Part shown: piece by piece, positions 1 to 13,355 of the stretch
Layout: every line of letters starts with the position of its first letter
Numbering within the stretch: position 1 is the stretch's first letter
Assembly (NCBI GenBank): GCA_013911885.1
Contig: JACESI010000010.1
Span: 6,781-70,780 of the forward strand
Length of the DNA: 64,000 nt
Direction of reading: 5' to 3'
From: Hyphomicrobiales bacterium
Lineage (GTDB): Bacteria > Pseudomonadota > Alphaproteobacteria > Rhizobiales > JACESI01
The notes under the pieces: generated by a model
Database searches by the model: none
Told to the model about the DNA's origin: nothing
Seen by the model: only the letters and a program-made list of their open reading frames with translations
Program-made: the position numbers and the translations under genes

Positions 1-2834
1 CTTGCCGCATCAAGCTCGCGCAGGTCACCGATATCGACAGCCTCGCTCGTGACCTGAAGATCGGCCTCCAGTCTGGTTTCCAGTCTGGCAAGATAGGGTT
101 TCGAGAACTGGCCTTGTGACCAGAATGCAGGGTCAAGCGGCGCGTTCTCGGCTTCATCCGTCACGTCTGTCGTGTCGGTTTCGCTTTCAGCCGGAAGATC
201 GAGGGCAAGGGGCGAGAGCACCTCGCCGGTTGCAAGCGCGAGGATCCAGGGCAGGGACAGACGCTCTACGGCGAGTTTTCCTGACCATTTCCAAGGCTGT
301 TTGGCCGAAAGATCGGTACCCTTATAGACAAGATCGGCACTGGTCTTGCTGCCACCAATCGTGCCGACCACATCGTTAAGAGTACCGTTCCAGCCGAGCC
401 CGGCAATCCGGGCGGAAAGGTCGAGATCCGTGCCAAGCCCGGTTGCTGGCAGGCCGTATCCGAGCAGGCGGAGCAGCGGTTCGCCGTCATCACCCTTGAG
501 CTTGACCATGCCCTGATAACGCGGCGTGCCATTCTCTTCCAGTGTCACCGTGAGATCGGTGTTTGCCTTGACGTTCTCGATCTCGCCTTCGGCGGCCAGT
601 GCAAGGCCGCTCGCCAGCGTGCCGTTGGCGCGGAGATCGACTTTTGCCGGCCCGCTCTCGCCGATATCCATTGCGGGCCAGCCGATCTGACTGAGAAAAG
701 CTGCGCCGTCGGCGTAGGTCGCATGGAAGGATGCTTCGAGATTTCCCGCAGCCGGTTTCTGCCAGTCGCCGACAAAGCGCATGCCGGTGCTGACGGTTCC
801 GCCGCCTAGCTTGCCGGTAATGGTGGCGGCGAAATCGGCTGGCGGCGCATTTTCGCGGCCTTCCGCCTGCTCGCCCGAGAATTTCACCTGCACATCGACC
901 GGCACGATGCTGGCGCCGTTGCGGCGCAAATAGGAAACCGCTGGATTGCCGGGCGCAATCGCCTCGGCGATCTTGACCAGCCCCTCAATCGCCTCGGCGC
1001 GAACCGTCCCAACCACACGACCCGAAGGCGCTGTCATCGGATTGCGGATGGTGCCGGATACATCAATCTCAGCGCCCGCAAAATCGGCGATTTTCAGGTT
1101 TCTGATGTCGATCACACTGTTTGCGATCTTCAGATCAACCGAAGCGTTGCGACCCTCGAGAGTGGCGGATACAAGCTTTTCGGCATCAAGCTTCAGCGCA
1201 ACAGTGTCGTTTTTGCCGAAACCGGAAAGGTTGGAGCCGCCGATGAACAGGGCACCCAGTGCCTGGAGCGCGTCGACATCGAGTTTGCGTGCGCTGAGGG
1301 TGGCATCGAATTGTTTCTGACGATCGGAAAGCCGGGCATAGGAAAGACTTCCTGAAATATCCGAATCGCCGAGGGTGGCGGTGAGATCGGTAAAGCGGAA
1401 AGCATTGGTTTCTGCCGCAAGCTGCCCCTGGATGTCGATTGAGCCGATGCGCAGGCGGCGCGCATCGTCGCCGCTTTGCGGCTGCCACCATCTTGCAAAG
1501 GCAACCGGCTGGCTTGACGCGAGGGAGACCGCGCCGTCGACCTGCATCGATGGTCCGGTTTTCACAGTTCCGGAGAAGCCAAGGCGGGTTGCGCCGGGCA
1601 GGGTCGCATTGAGCGTATCGATCCGCCATCCGGCATCGGTTGCCCGGGTCTTGAAGTTGATGCCTCGCACCACATCGCCACCAACCACCACGGCGGTGAT
1701 ATCAACGCTGATTTCGCCGGGAATGCCTGGTCTCGGCATAGTCGCGATCATGCCGGCCAGCACATCCTGCGTCTCGGCCACGCCGAGCGGGCTTGCCTGT
1801 CCGTTGCCATAGGCGCGGTCGAGATCAATCTGGCGCGAGGTGATGTCGGCGGTGAAACGCACTTCCGGGCTGAAGGCAATCGCGACCGAGCCATTAAGAT
1901 TGAGCGGTGCCTCGCGCCTGCCATCTTCGAAAACGGCATCCGTCAGTGTGAAGCCGAGCCTGTCGAGTTCAAAAGCGCCTTTGAGGCCCCAGGGAGCCTT
2001 GTCCTCGGTATTGCCGCTTGTGCCGGCTTTTTCAGGCTTATCTGCGAGGGGTTTTGGCTCCACTGCCATAGTGCCCTTATAGCGCAGGGCCGACTGATCA
2101 GCTGCCACCTCGGCGGGGCCGATTTCGCCATCAAAAACAGTGTTATAGAAGAGTGATTGAGGTTCGATAAGGGCCTTGACGCGCAAACTTCCATCGATCA
2201 CCTTGCCGGTGCCGATCCGGAAGGTGAAAGGGTTGTCACGCTCCGTTGCCGTGCCCTCAAGTTTCCAGGGGCCGATAAGGGATTGGGCGGTCACGACGGT
2301 CTCGATTGCTTTGAGCTGGATCGATTTTCCCTGCGCCACATCGGCGGCATAGACTGCGCCGTCACGGATGGTAAGCGGGCCGAGCTTGAAGGCAAAATTC
2401 TCACCGGAAAGGCCTCCGCGTCCATCGCCAGACCAGTTTGTCGTACCATCCTCGCGCAGGCGCAGGCTGATCTGCGGCGCATCGAGTTCCATGTCGATGA
2501 CGTCGAAGGTGCGTTGCAGCAGGGGGATGAGTTCGAGGCGTATCTTGAGACGGCTTGCGCTCATCAGCGGCTCGCCGCCGGGTTCGCCGACTTCCAGATT
2601 GGTGAAGGTGAAGGTTGGGATCGGCAGGAATTGCGCATCCGCTTCGCCCTTGACCTGGACCGGGTGGCCGATCAGGGCGCTTGCCTCGCGCTCGAAAACC
2701 GCCTTGTGATCCGACCAGTCGATGAAGAACGGCGCCACAAGGACGGCCACGAGGGCCGCAACGATGATACTTCCGATGATGATGAAGATTTGATTCAGTT
2801 GTCCGCTCCCCCGCTCCTTAAGGCCCACAGACAT
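1..2834 (-). CDS. AsmA-family (AsmA/YhdP/TamB-like) protein, 3' end runs off the window
   Basis: Absent from the ORF track (no stop in window). Manual translation of the 5' part gives QIFIIIGSIIVAALVAVLVAPFFIDWSDHKAVFEREASALIGHPVQVKGEADAQFLP, a typical AsmA anchor plus N-terminus. Start is ATG 2834 or CTG 2798 (after GGAG). Confidence 0.8.
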   Translation of the reverse strand, partial: MSVGLKERGSGQLNQIFIIIGSIIVAALVAVLVAPFFIDWSDHKAVFEREASALIGHPVQVKGEADAQFLPIPTFTFTNLEVGEPGGEPLMSASRLKIRLELIPLLQRTFDVIDMELDAPQISLRLREDGTTNWSGDGRGGLSGENFAFKLGPLTIRDGAVYAADVAQGKSIQLKAIETVVTAQSLIGPWKLEGTATERDNPFTFRIGTGKVIDGSLRVKALIEPQSLFYNTVFDGEIGPAEVAADQSALRYKGTMAVEPKPLADKPEKAGTSGNTEDKAPWGLKGAFELDRLGFTLTDAVFEDGRREAPLNLNGSVAIAFSPEVRFTADITSRQIDLDRAYGNGQASPLGVAETQDVLAGMIATMPRPGIPGEISVDITAVVVGGDVVRGINFKTRATDAGWRIDTLNATLPGATRLGFSGTVKTGPSMQVDGAVSLASSQPVAFARWWQPQSGDDARRLRIGSIDIQGQLAAETNAFRFTDLTATLGDSDISGSLSYARLSDRQKQFDATLSARKLDVDALQALGALFIGGSNLSGFGKNDTVALKLDAEKLVSATLEGRNASVDLKIANSVIDIRNLKIADFAGAEIDVSGTIRNPMTAPSGRVVGTVRAEAIEGLVKIAEAIAPGNPAVSYLRRNGASIVPVDVQVKFSGEQAEGRENAPPADFAATITGKLGGGTVSTGMRFVGDWQKPAAGNLEASFHATYADGAAFLSQIGWPAMDIGESGPAKVDLRANGTLASGLALAAEGEIENVKANTDLTVTLEENGTPRYQGMVKLKGDDGEPLLRLLGYGLPATGLGTDLDLSARIAGLGWNGTLNDVVGTIGGSKTSADLVYKGTDLSAKQPWKWSGKLAVERLSLPWILALATGEVLSPLALDLPAESETDTTDVTDEAENAPLDPAFWSQGQFSKPYLARLETRLEADLQVTSEAVDIGDLRELDAA

Positions 2835-3211
2835 AGGATGACTGATTTTGTCCATGACCGTCGGCATGAAAACAAGCAAACCGATATGGCGTCAATATGA
2901 ATTCGGATCCGTTTTTAACGGGATTTCCTTCTCTTTTGCAGGGGTTTGCGCGGTTTTTCAGCAAGCGCGTACCGCAACCGCCTGCGAAGCGCTGCCAGTC
3001 GCCGCCGATTGCGAGACCCTGGCTCCGTTCTTGCCGTGTTCTCGCTTTTCTATCATTGACTAGCCGAAGTGTGTTGACGTTATCGAGGACAACCTATGGG
3101 TTGACGCGGGCAAGGTAAAGACCGCACGTTGCTGCTCACGCGCGGCCGGGGCGAAAGCCGGATCATGCCATCGAAAGGCAGCGGAAGGCACTTGAAAAGA
3201 GGAAATCAAGA

Positions 3212-3682
3212 ATGGAAGGACAACATGCGCTCGCGCTCAAAATACCGCCGCCGGTGGTGGGTTTGGTCGCGGCGATCCTGATTTATGCGCTTGCGCAGCT
3301 TTGGCCTCAATGGAATTTCGACTTTCCCTTTCAAAATGTGCTCGCGATTGTGCTGGGCGCCACCGGTCTTGCGTTCGACGGGGCGGCGATTGCAGCGTTT
3401 TTTGCCGTGCGCACCACGGTCAATCCGATGGCGCCGGGATCGACCAGTTCGCTCGTGACAAGCGGGCTTTACCGCGTGACACGCAACCCGATGTATCTTG
3501 GATTGCTCCTCATTCTTTCCGGGGTTGCAGTCTATATCGGAAATCCGCTTGCGCTCACTGTGATCGCGGGGTTCATTGCCTATATCACGCGGTTTCAGAT
3601 CATGCCGGAAGAGGCGCTGCTCAGACAGAAATTCGGGGCGGACTTTACGCTTTACTGCGCGCGCGTGCGACGCTGGCTATAG
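3212..3682 (+). CDS. isoprenylcysteine carboxyl methyltransferase/PEMT-family membrane protein
   Basis: TTVNP, LVTSGLYRVTRNPMYLG and QIMPEEALL...FG..Y..RVRRWL motifs; hydrophobic helices; GAGG upstream. Confidence 0.9.
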   Translation: MEGQHALALKIPPPVVGLVAAILIYALAQLWPQWNFDFPFQNVLAIVLGATGLAFDGAAIAAFFAVRTTVNPMAPGSTSSLVTSGLYRVTRNPMYLGLLLILSGVAVYIGNPLALTVIAGFIAYITRFQIMPEEALLRQKFGADFTLYCARVRRWL

Positions 3683-3782
3683 CGGGTTTCAGATTGCTTC
3701 GAGCCGATCAGCTTTTCCATGCAAAGCGCTAACGCGCCGCCACAGGCCCGTGACACCGACATCCCGTGTGAATGGCGCGTTG

Positions 3783-4478
3783 TCAGACGGTTGCAAAAGC
3801 CTCGCGATCAAGATGGGCGAGATGGCCCTCCTTGACCCAGACCAGCGCGCCTTTGCTGCCGGTCAGAGCCGAAAGCGGTGCGCCGACCGGAAGCCTGAGC
3901 CAGGATTGCGTGGCAAAGCTCTCGCCGGCCTCTTCGAAGCCGCCTTCGATCACGAAAATCTCGATACCCCCGCGCGGCGTGAAGTTGATTGGCTTGCCAG
4001 CATCCCAACGCTCAAGGCGTACCTCTTCGCGGCCATCGTTGAAAAGGGAGGCAAGTTCGGCATTGTCACGACCGACAACCTTGAACAGGCCGATCTTGTT
4101 GGTGTCCGCGATAATATGGGATGTATCGCTTTTCTCCATCTGCCAGAGTTTGACAAGAATGGTGCAGCCATCATCCGATCCCGGTGTATGGCGCGAATTC
4201 GGCGGGTTGCGGATGTAGCTTCCTTTCGGGAAATCGCCGTGCTCGTCCTGAAAGACGCCATCGAGCACCAGGAACTCCTCGCCGCCGCTATGAACATGCG
4301 GTGAGAATTTGCTGCCCGGCGCATAACGCACGATCGTGGTGGCGCGGGCAACCTCATCACCGATGCGCTCGAGCATGCGCCGTTCGACGCCTTTCATCGG
4401 AGAGGCGCGCCAGGCAAGATCTGCGCCATGCACGGCGGCGCGCAAAGTGAAATCAGCGTTCAATTCCAACTTTTCCAT
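3783..4478 (-). CDS. ChrR-like double cupin protein
   Basis: GVERRMLERIGDEVARATTIVRYAPGSKFSPHVHSGGEEFLVLDGVFQDEHG...H.P; AAGGAG precedes ATG 4478. Confidence 0.9.
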   Translation of the reverse strand: MEKLELNADFTLRAAVHGADLAWRASPMKGVERRMLERIGDEVARATTIVRYAPGSKFSPHVHSGGEEFLVLDGVFQDEHGDFPKGSYIRNPPNSRHTPGSDDGCTILVKLWQMEKSDTSHIIADTNKIGLFKVVGRDNAELASLFNDGREEVRLERWDAGKPINFTPRGGIEIFVIEGGFEEAGESFATQSWLRLPVGAPLSALTGSKGALVWVKEGHLAHLDREAFATV

Positions 4479-4525
4479 TTGGTTTCGCTCCTTGCACATC
4501 GCTGAGCTGAGATCGCGCTCAGTTC

Positions 4526-4543
4526 ATCTATCTAGTGATAGAT
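4526..4543. promoter_or_regulatory. 7-4-7 inverted repeat, probable TetR operator
   Basis: ATCTATC-TAGT-GATAGAT, perfect arms, between the divergent cupin and TetR genes. Confidence 0.65.
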
Positions 4544-4627
4544 TGTTTGCGACATTGACGAAAACCTCGTCCTGTGTCAATCCCTGTCAGATTATGAAAA
4601 CCCGCGACCGATCCTTTGAAAGCTATC

Positions 4628-5176
4628 ATGACGACAAGCGAAAAACTTCTTGATGCTGCTGAATTGCGCATGCGCCGGACCGGCTACAACACGGTCAGTT
4701 TCCGCGATCTCGCGGCCGATATCAATATCAAGAGCGCAAGCGCTCACTATCATTTTCCGCGCAAGGAGGATTTGGGTCTCGATCTTGTCAAACGCTATCA
4801 TGCCCGGTTTTTCACCACGCTTGACGCGGCTGCCGCAGGGGAGAATACCCGGCGCGGCAAGATCGAGTGCTTCCGCCTTGCCTATCGCTCGGCGCTTGTC
4901 GATGATCGGTCGATGTGCCTCTGCGGTCTTCTCGGTTCGGAAATCGCGAGCCTGCCGGATGCAGTGGCGACCGAAGTGAAAGGCTTTTTCAAAGCCAGTA
5001 TCGAGTGGGTTGCAAGTATTCTCGCGGATGGCACGCCGCAGATGCGGCACAATAACGAGGCAGCGGGCTTTGTCGCAACGATGCAGGGCGCGCTGATGCT
5101 GGCAATATGCATGGAAGATGCCGCACTGTTCGATGCCATGACCGAGCGTGCGCTCGACCTTATTGCTGGCGATTGA
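4628..5176 (+). CDS. TetR/AcrR-family regulator
   Basis: N-terminal HTH LLDAAELRMRRTGYNTVSFRDLAADINIKSASAHYHFPRKEDL; CLCG in the ligand domain. Confidence 0.9.
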   Translation: MTTSEKLLDAAELRMRRTGYNTVSFRDLAADINIKSASAHYHFPRKEDLGLDLVKRYHARFFTTLDAAAAGENTRRGKIECFRLAYRSALVDDRSMCLCGLLGSEIASLPDAVATEVKGFFKASIEWVASILADGTPQMRHNNEAAGFVATMQGALMLAICMEDAALFDAMTERALDLIAGD

Positions 5177-5337
5177 ATAATTGTACTTTCCGGGAACCGA
5201 CAGCACCCTCGCGCATTCCTGATGGGGGAAGAAGTATTTGCGCAGAGCTGTTAATCGCCATGAGATCAGGCTGCAACCATCCTGTTGGGAGATGTCGCGC
5301 GGCGCGCGGCCATTTTCCCCGTCCGTCGGTGTCGGCG

Positions 5338-6996
5338 TTACGGGCTCTCCGTGATGGTCACGACCGGGGCCTCGACGTTGCCCGCCTCAACGAGATGGCT
5401 GATCAGAAAGCCGTTTGCTGCCATGATCACGCTCCTCGCCGATGGTCGAGCGATGCCCGCGGAGATGGCCACTGTTTTCGCAAGGCCTTTGATGTCCATG
5501 CTCACCGGATATTGCGAAAGGTTGAAAACGCAAAGGCAATCCCGCCTGCCGTCTTCCCCTTTACAGGTTCGCACAAAGGCAAGCACCGGCTCAGGGGTTG
5601 CGAGAAAAATGGTCCCGCCGAGCCTGAGTGCTGGGGAGGATTGCCGAAGAGCGATCATCGCGCGGTAGAAGGCGAGCACGGATCCGCTTTCCGCTTCCTG
5701 CGCCAGCACATTGCGGCTTTTTTGCAGTTCCTTCACGGGAAGCCAGGGTGTTGCGGTGGTAAAGCCTGCATGCTGCGAGGAATCCCACGGCATCGGTGTG
5801 CGGCAGCCATCGCGGCCCTTATATTCCGGCCACATGCGAATGCCCGGCGGATCGGTCAATTCCGCGAAGTCGAGTACGGTTTCGGGAAGGCCGAGTTCTT
5901 CACCCTGATAGATACCGACCGAGCCTTCGAACGATAACAAAAGCGCGGCCGACTGTTTAGAAAGCGCATCCGGCTCCGCGCTTGAGGCCGCCCAGCGCGT
6001 GACATGGCGCTCGACATCATGGTTGGAAAAACTCCAGCTTGGCCAGCCATCCGCGGCGCGGGCGAAGAAGGTCGCGATACAGTCGCGAAAATGACCGGCG
6101 CTGAATTTCGGCCCGAGCATGTCGAAAGAATAGGCCATGTGCAGTTTATCGCCGCCCTCGGTATAGGCGGCCATCGTGTCGATGGAGTGGTGTTCATCGC
6201 CGACCTCGCCGACCAGCATGCGGTCTGGATAGCGGTCCACGAGGGCGCGGAGCTTTTTCAGGAAAGCGAGATTTTCCGGCTGGCTCTTCGAGTGGATATG
6301 ATCCTGCGCATCATAGGGCTTGACCCAGTATTTGCCGGCCTGCGATGGTTCCGGCGGATCATCGCGCAATTGCCGGTCGTGGAAATAATAGTTCACCGTG
6401 TCAAGGCGGAAGCCGTCAACGCCGGCTTTGAGCCAGAAATCGACCGTCTCCAGCACGGCATCCTGCACCGCTTCGCAGTGAAAATTGAGGTCCGGCTGCG
6501 AGGTCAGGAAATTGTGGAAGTAATATTGGCCGCGTCTTGCCTCCCATTCCCAGGCTGATCCGCCAAACAGGGATTGCCAGTTGTTCGGCGGTGAGCCGTC
6601 CGGCTTCGGATCGGCCCAGACAAACCAGTCCGCGCGGGCGTTGTCGCGTGAGCTTCGGCTCTCGACAAACCAGGGGTGGCGGCTTGCGGTATGGCTCAGG
6701 ACCTGATCGAAAATCACCTTGAGGCCGAGAGAATGTGCCTTGTCGAGGAGCGCGCGGCAATCGTCGAGCGTTCCGAAAAGCGGGTCGACGGCGGTGTGAT
6801 CCGACACATCATAGCCCATGTCCTGCATCGGGGACTGAAAGATCGGCGAGAGCCAGATGCCGTCAACGCCAAGGCTTGCCACGTGATCAAGGCGTCGGGT
6901 AATGCCCTTGAGATCGCCGATACCGTCGCCATTGTCGTCCTGGTAAGAGCGCGGATAGATCTGATAAATACACGCACCACGCCACCATTCTCTCAT
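5338..6996 (-). CDS. GH13 alpha-glucosidase (AglA-like)
   Basis: WWRGACIYQIYPRSYQD, GVDGFRLDTVN, SNHD and GRDGCRTPMPW motifs; ATG overlaps the glgX stop (ATGA), so the ORF-track start 7149 is too long. Confidence 0.92.
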   Translation of the reverse strand: MREWWRGACIYQIYPRSYQDDNGDGIGDLKGITRRLDHVASLGVDGIWLSPIFQSPMQDMGYDVSDHTAVDPLFGTLDDCRALLDKAHSLGLKVIFDQVLSHTASRHPWFVESRSSRDNARADWFVWADPKPDGSPPNNWQSLFGGSAWEWEARRGQYYFHNFLTSQPDLNFHCEAVQDAVLETVDFWLKAGVDGFRLDTVNYYFHDRQLRDDPPEPSQAGKYWVKPYDAQDHIHSKSQPENLAFLKKLRALVDRYPDRMLVGEVGDEHHSIDTMAAYTEGGDKLHMAYSFDMLGPKFSAGHFRDCIATFFARAADGWPSWSFSNHDVERHVTRWAASSAEPDALSKQSAALLLSFEGSVGIYQGEELGLPETVLDFAELTDPPGIRMWPEYKGRDGCRTPMPWDSSQHAGFTTATPWLPVKELQKSRNVLAQEAESGSVLAFYRAMIALRQSSPALRLGGTIFLATPEPVLAFVRTCKGEDGRRDCLCVFNLSQYPVSMDIKGLAKTVAISAGIARPSARSVIMAANGFLISHLVEAGNVEAPVVTITESP

Positions 6997-9011
6997 GTCA
7001 GGTCCTTTCGCGCCGTCTTTGCGGTTTGTTCGAGAAAAAGGGTAATGCTGCGCGGCGGTGCGACGAAGGTACCGCCTGCATGATCGGGCAGCTTTAATCC
7101 ATCCAGGACCGTCCACCAATGAAGCCCCGCATCCGGTCGCGGCGCGCAAAAGGGCACGCTTTCCTGCCCGCGGTTGATGCAGGCGAGCAGCCGGGGGGCG
7201 GCTGCCTCATCGGTTGCAAGACATAGCATTAACGGGGCTGTGCCGGGGGTGTGCCAGTCGGCCTGCGTCATGATGCAGCCTGACGCGGTCAGCCAGACGA
7301 TATCGGGCTTTTCTTGTGCACCCTTTGGCGCACCCTTCGGCGCACCGGTCAGAAAGCTGGTTGCCTGAAGTGCGGGAAGGCGTCTTCGAAGTCGGCTCAG
7401 CGCTTTGGCATGGGCAAGAAGATCATGGTCCTGGCTTTCCCAGTCGATCCAGGTTATCGCATTATCCTGCGCATAGGCGTTGTTGTTGCCCTGCTGGCTG
7501 CGGCCAAAAGCGTCGCCTGCCGACAACATGATCGTACCGCGTGAAAGAAACAGCGTGGTAAGGAGCGCCATGATATCGCGCCGCCGCCTTTCCGTGACAG
7601 AGGGGTCATCTGCGACACCTTCAACGCCGTTATTCCAGCTCAGATTCTCGTTGTGACCATCGCGGTTTTCTTCGCCATTCGCGTGGTTGTGCTTGTTCAC
7701 ATAGGAAACGCAGTCTGCGAGGGTAAAGCCGTCATGAGCGGCGATGAAATTGACCGAGCGGGTCTCATGACCTGAAAACCGGTCGGATGAACCGGCAAGG
7801 GCGGTTGCGAAATCGGCAAGCGCACCATCGTCACCGCGCCAGAAGCGGCGGATCCGGTCGCGGGCCTGATCGTTCCATTCGAGAAACGGTTTTGGAAAGC
7901 GGCCAAGCTGATAGCCGCCCGGTCCGATGTCCCAGGGTTCGGCGATGAGGATGCGATCGGAAAGAACCGGGTCGCTTATGATCGCCTTCAGGGTTTCGGC
8001 GTCGCTGTCAAAGCCGTCAGTCGTGCGCCCGAGAACCGGCGCAAGATCGAACCGGAAGCCGTCGACGCCGCCCTTCAGGACAAAATGCCTGAGCGATGCA
8101 AGCACCATCGTGCGGATTGCCGGTTTGCTGCAATCAATCGTGTTGCCACAACCGGTATCGTTGATGAGCCGGTGCTCTGCGTCGTGGCGATAGGCGGTGT
8201 GGTTGTCAAGGCCGCGCAGCGCAAGGGTCGGGCCTTTCGCATCGCTCTCGCCGGTATGATTGAAGACAAGATCAAGGATGACGCTGATGCCGTGCTCGCC
8301 AAGTTTCGCGGTCAGTTCGGCAAGGTCCGCCGTGCCGTTCGGCGCAAGGCGCGGATCAAGCGCCATGAAGGTGACCGGATTATAGCCCCATGCATTGGCA
8401 AGCCCGAGAGGCGGAAGGTGCCGCTCGTCAATCCAGGCGGTGATCGGCATCAGTTCCACCGCCGTTGCGCCGATTGCTTTCAGATGGTCAAGGATCGCGG
8501 GCTCACCGAGGGCTGCAAGCGTGCCCCGCTTATCAGGCACCACACCGGGGTGGCGCATGGTGAACGCACGGACATTGATTTCATAGATCAATTCCCCCGG
8601 CTTGAAGTGCACCGGTCGCCGCGGGGCATCAGCCAATATCTCGATCATTGATTTCGCAACAAGGGGGGCGGTGTCGATGGCTTCATCGCGGTGGGCGGCA
8701 AGGCGCGGATCATAGCGCCAGGCCCGGTCGATCCGCGTCGCATAGGGGTCGATCAGGAGTTTTGCGGGATCAAACCAGAACCCCTCATCGGGCGCATAGC
8801 GGCCATCGGCGCGGTAGCCATAGGTGGCCCCATCCGGCAGGCTGTCAATCGTGAGCACGAAGTCGTCTCCGTTACGCGTCATGGCGAGGCGGGCGGTTTC
8901 GGTTTCACCATCGAACAGGCAGAGATGCACCGTCGCGGCCGCTGGGGCGCGCACCCGAAAGCTGGTGCGTTTGCCCTCAGTCGTAGCGCCGAAGGGTAAG
9001 CTTTCCGCCAT
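6993..9011 (-). CDS. glgX: glycogen debranching enzyme
   Basis: DPAKLLIDPYA, NAWGYNP, DGFRFDLA, LIAEPWD, NFIAAHDGFTL and QQGNNNAYAQDN motifs. Confidence 0.95.
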   Translation of the reverse strand: MAESLPFGATTEGKRTSFRVRAPAAATVHLCLFDGETETARLAMTRNGDDFVLTIDSLPDGATYGYRADGRYAPDEGFWFDPAKLLIDPYATRIDRAWRYDPRLAAHRDEAIDTAPLVAKSMIEILADAPRRPVHFKPGELIYEINVRAFTMRHPGVVPDKRGTLAALGEPAILDHLKAIGATAVELMPITAWIDERHLPPLGLANAWGYNPVTFMALDPRLAPNGTADLAELTAKLGEHGISVILDLVFNHTGESDAKGPTLALRGLDNHTAYRHDAEHRLINDTGCGNTIDCSKPAIRTMVLASLRHFVLKGGVDGFRFDLAPVLGRTTDGFDSDAETLKAIISDPVLSDRILIAEPWDIGPGGYQLGRFPKPFLEWNDQARDRIRRFWRGDDGALADFATALAGSSDRFSGHETRSVNFIAAHDGFTLADCVSYVNKHNHANGEENRDGHNENLSWNNGVEGVADDPSVTERRRRDIMALLTTLFLSRGTIMLSAGDAFGRSQQGNNNAYAQDNAITWIDWESQDHDLLAHAKALSRLRRRLPALQATSFLTGAPKGAPKGAQEKPDIVWLTASGCIMTQADWHTPGTAPLMLCLATDEAAAPRLLACINRGQESVPFCAPRPDAGLHWWTVLDGLKLPDHAGGTFVAPPRSITLFLEQTAKTARKDLT

Positions 9012-9013
9012 GA

Positions 9014-12083
<3,070 letters not shown>

Positions 12084-12087
<4 letters not shown>

Positions 12088-13355
12088 TCGTAAAACAGTC
12101 CCGCGCTATCGAGCATGTTCTGGGTGATGAGACAGATACCGTTTTCGGTCCGGCGGAAGCGTTTCGCGTCGCCTTCGGGATCTTCGCCGACCACAAGACC
12201 GGCGGGGATTTTTACACCGCGGTCTAGCACGACATTGCTGAGCCGCGCCCCGCGCCCAATGACGCATTCCGGCAGAACAACTGCATGCTGAAGCGCCGAA
12301 TAGGACCGGCAGAGCACGCCGGTGAAGAGCAGCGAATTATCGACCTTCGCGCCGGAGATGATGCAATCGCCGGAGACGAGGGAGGAGACCGCCGTACCGC
12401 GCCGACCATCGACATCATGCACGAATTTCGCCGGCGGCCGGATTTCCGCATAGGTCCAGATCGGCCAGGAGCGGTCGTATAGATCAAGTTCGGGCACAAT
12501 ATGGGTGAGATCGATATTGGCCTGCCAGAAGGCGTCGAGAGTTCCGACATCGCGCCAATAGGATTTGCTGTCGGGAAATTCGCGGACGCATGATTTCTCG
12601 AAACGGTGGGCAACCGCCTTCGCATTCCTGACGAGATGGGGGATGATGTCCTTGCCGAAATCGCGGCTGGATTTCGGGTCGGCGGCATCGCGGCGCAACT
12701 CTTCGATGAGAAAGCTTGTCGAGAAAACGTAAATGCCCATCGAGGCGAGGCAATGGCTGGGCTTGTCGGGCATGGTTGGAGGATGCTCGGGCTTTTCGAT
12801 GAAGTTGATGATGCGGTCCGTCGCGTCGACATGCATGACACCGAAGCCGCTTGCTTCCTCGCGTGGGACTTCGAGGCAGCCGATGGTTACATCCGCCCCC
12901 GCATCCACATGCTGTTGCAGCATGATCTCATAGTCCATCTTGTAGATGTGATCCCCGGCGAGAACCACCATATATTCGGTTTCATAGGTCTCGATGATGT
13001 CGATATTCTGAAAGATCGCATCGGCGGTGCCCTCATACCACTGGGTTTCCGACACACGCTGGCTTGCCGGCAGAATATCGAAACTTTCATTGCGCTCGGG
13101 TCGGAAAAAGTTCCAGCCGCGCTGCATGTGGCGGATCAGGGAATGGGCGCGATACTGGGTGGCGACGCCGATCCGGCGGATACCTGAATTCAGTGCATTG
13201 GAGAGGGCAAAATCAATGATCCGGGTTTTGCCGCCGAAATAGACTGCAGGCTTTGCCCTGCGGTCGGTCAGTTCCATCAGCCGCGACCCGCGCCCGCCTG
13301 CCAGCACATAGGCCATGGCATCGCGCGACAGCGGTGCATTCTTCCTTTCGGTCAT
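12084..13355 (-). CDS. glgC: glucose-1-phosphate adenylyltransferase
   Basis: LAGGRGSRL...[24 protein letters not shown] and YWRDVGT motifs; ATG 13355 overlaps the glgB stop. Confidence 0.97.

Noticed and set aside
2157-2900. 247-aa plus-strand ORF and other short ORFs in 1-2900
   Set aside because: They overlap the AsmA-family gene, which the ORF track missed because its stop is outside the window.
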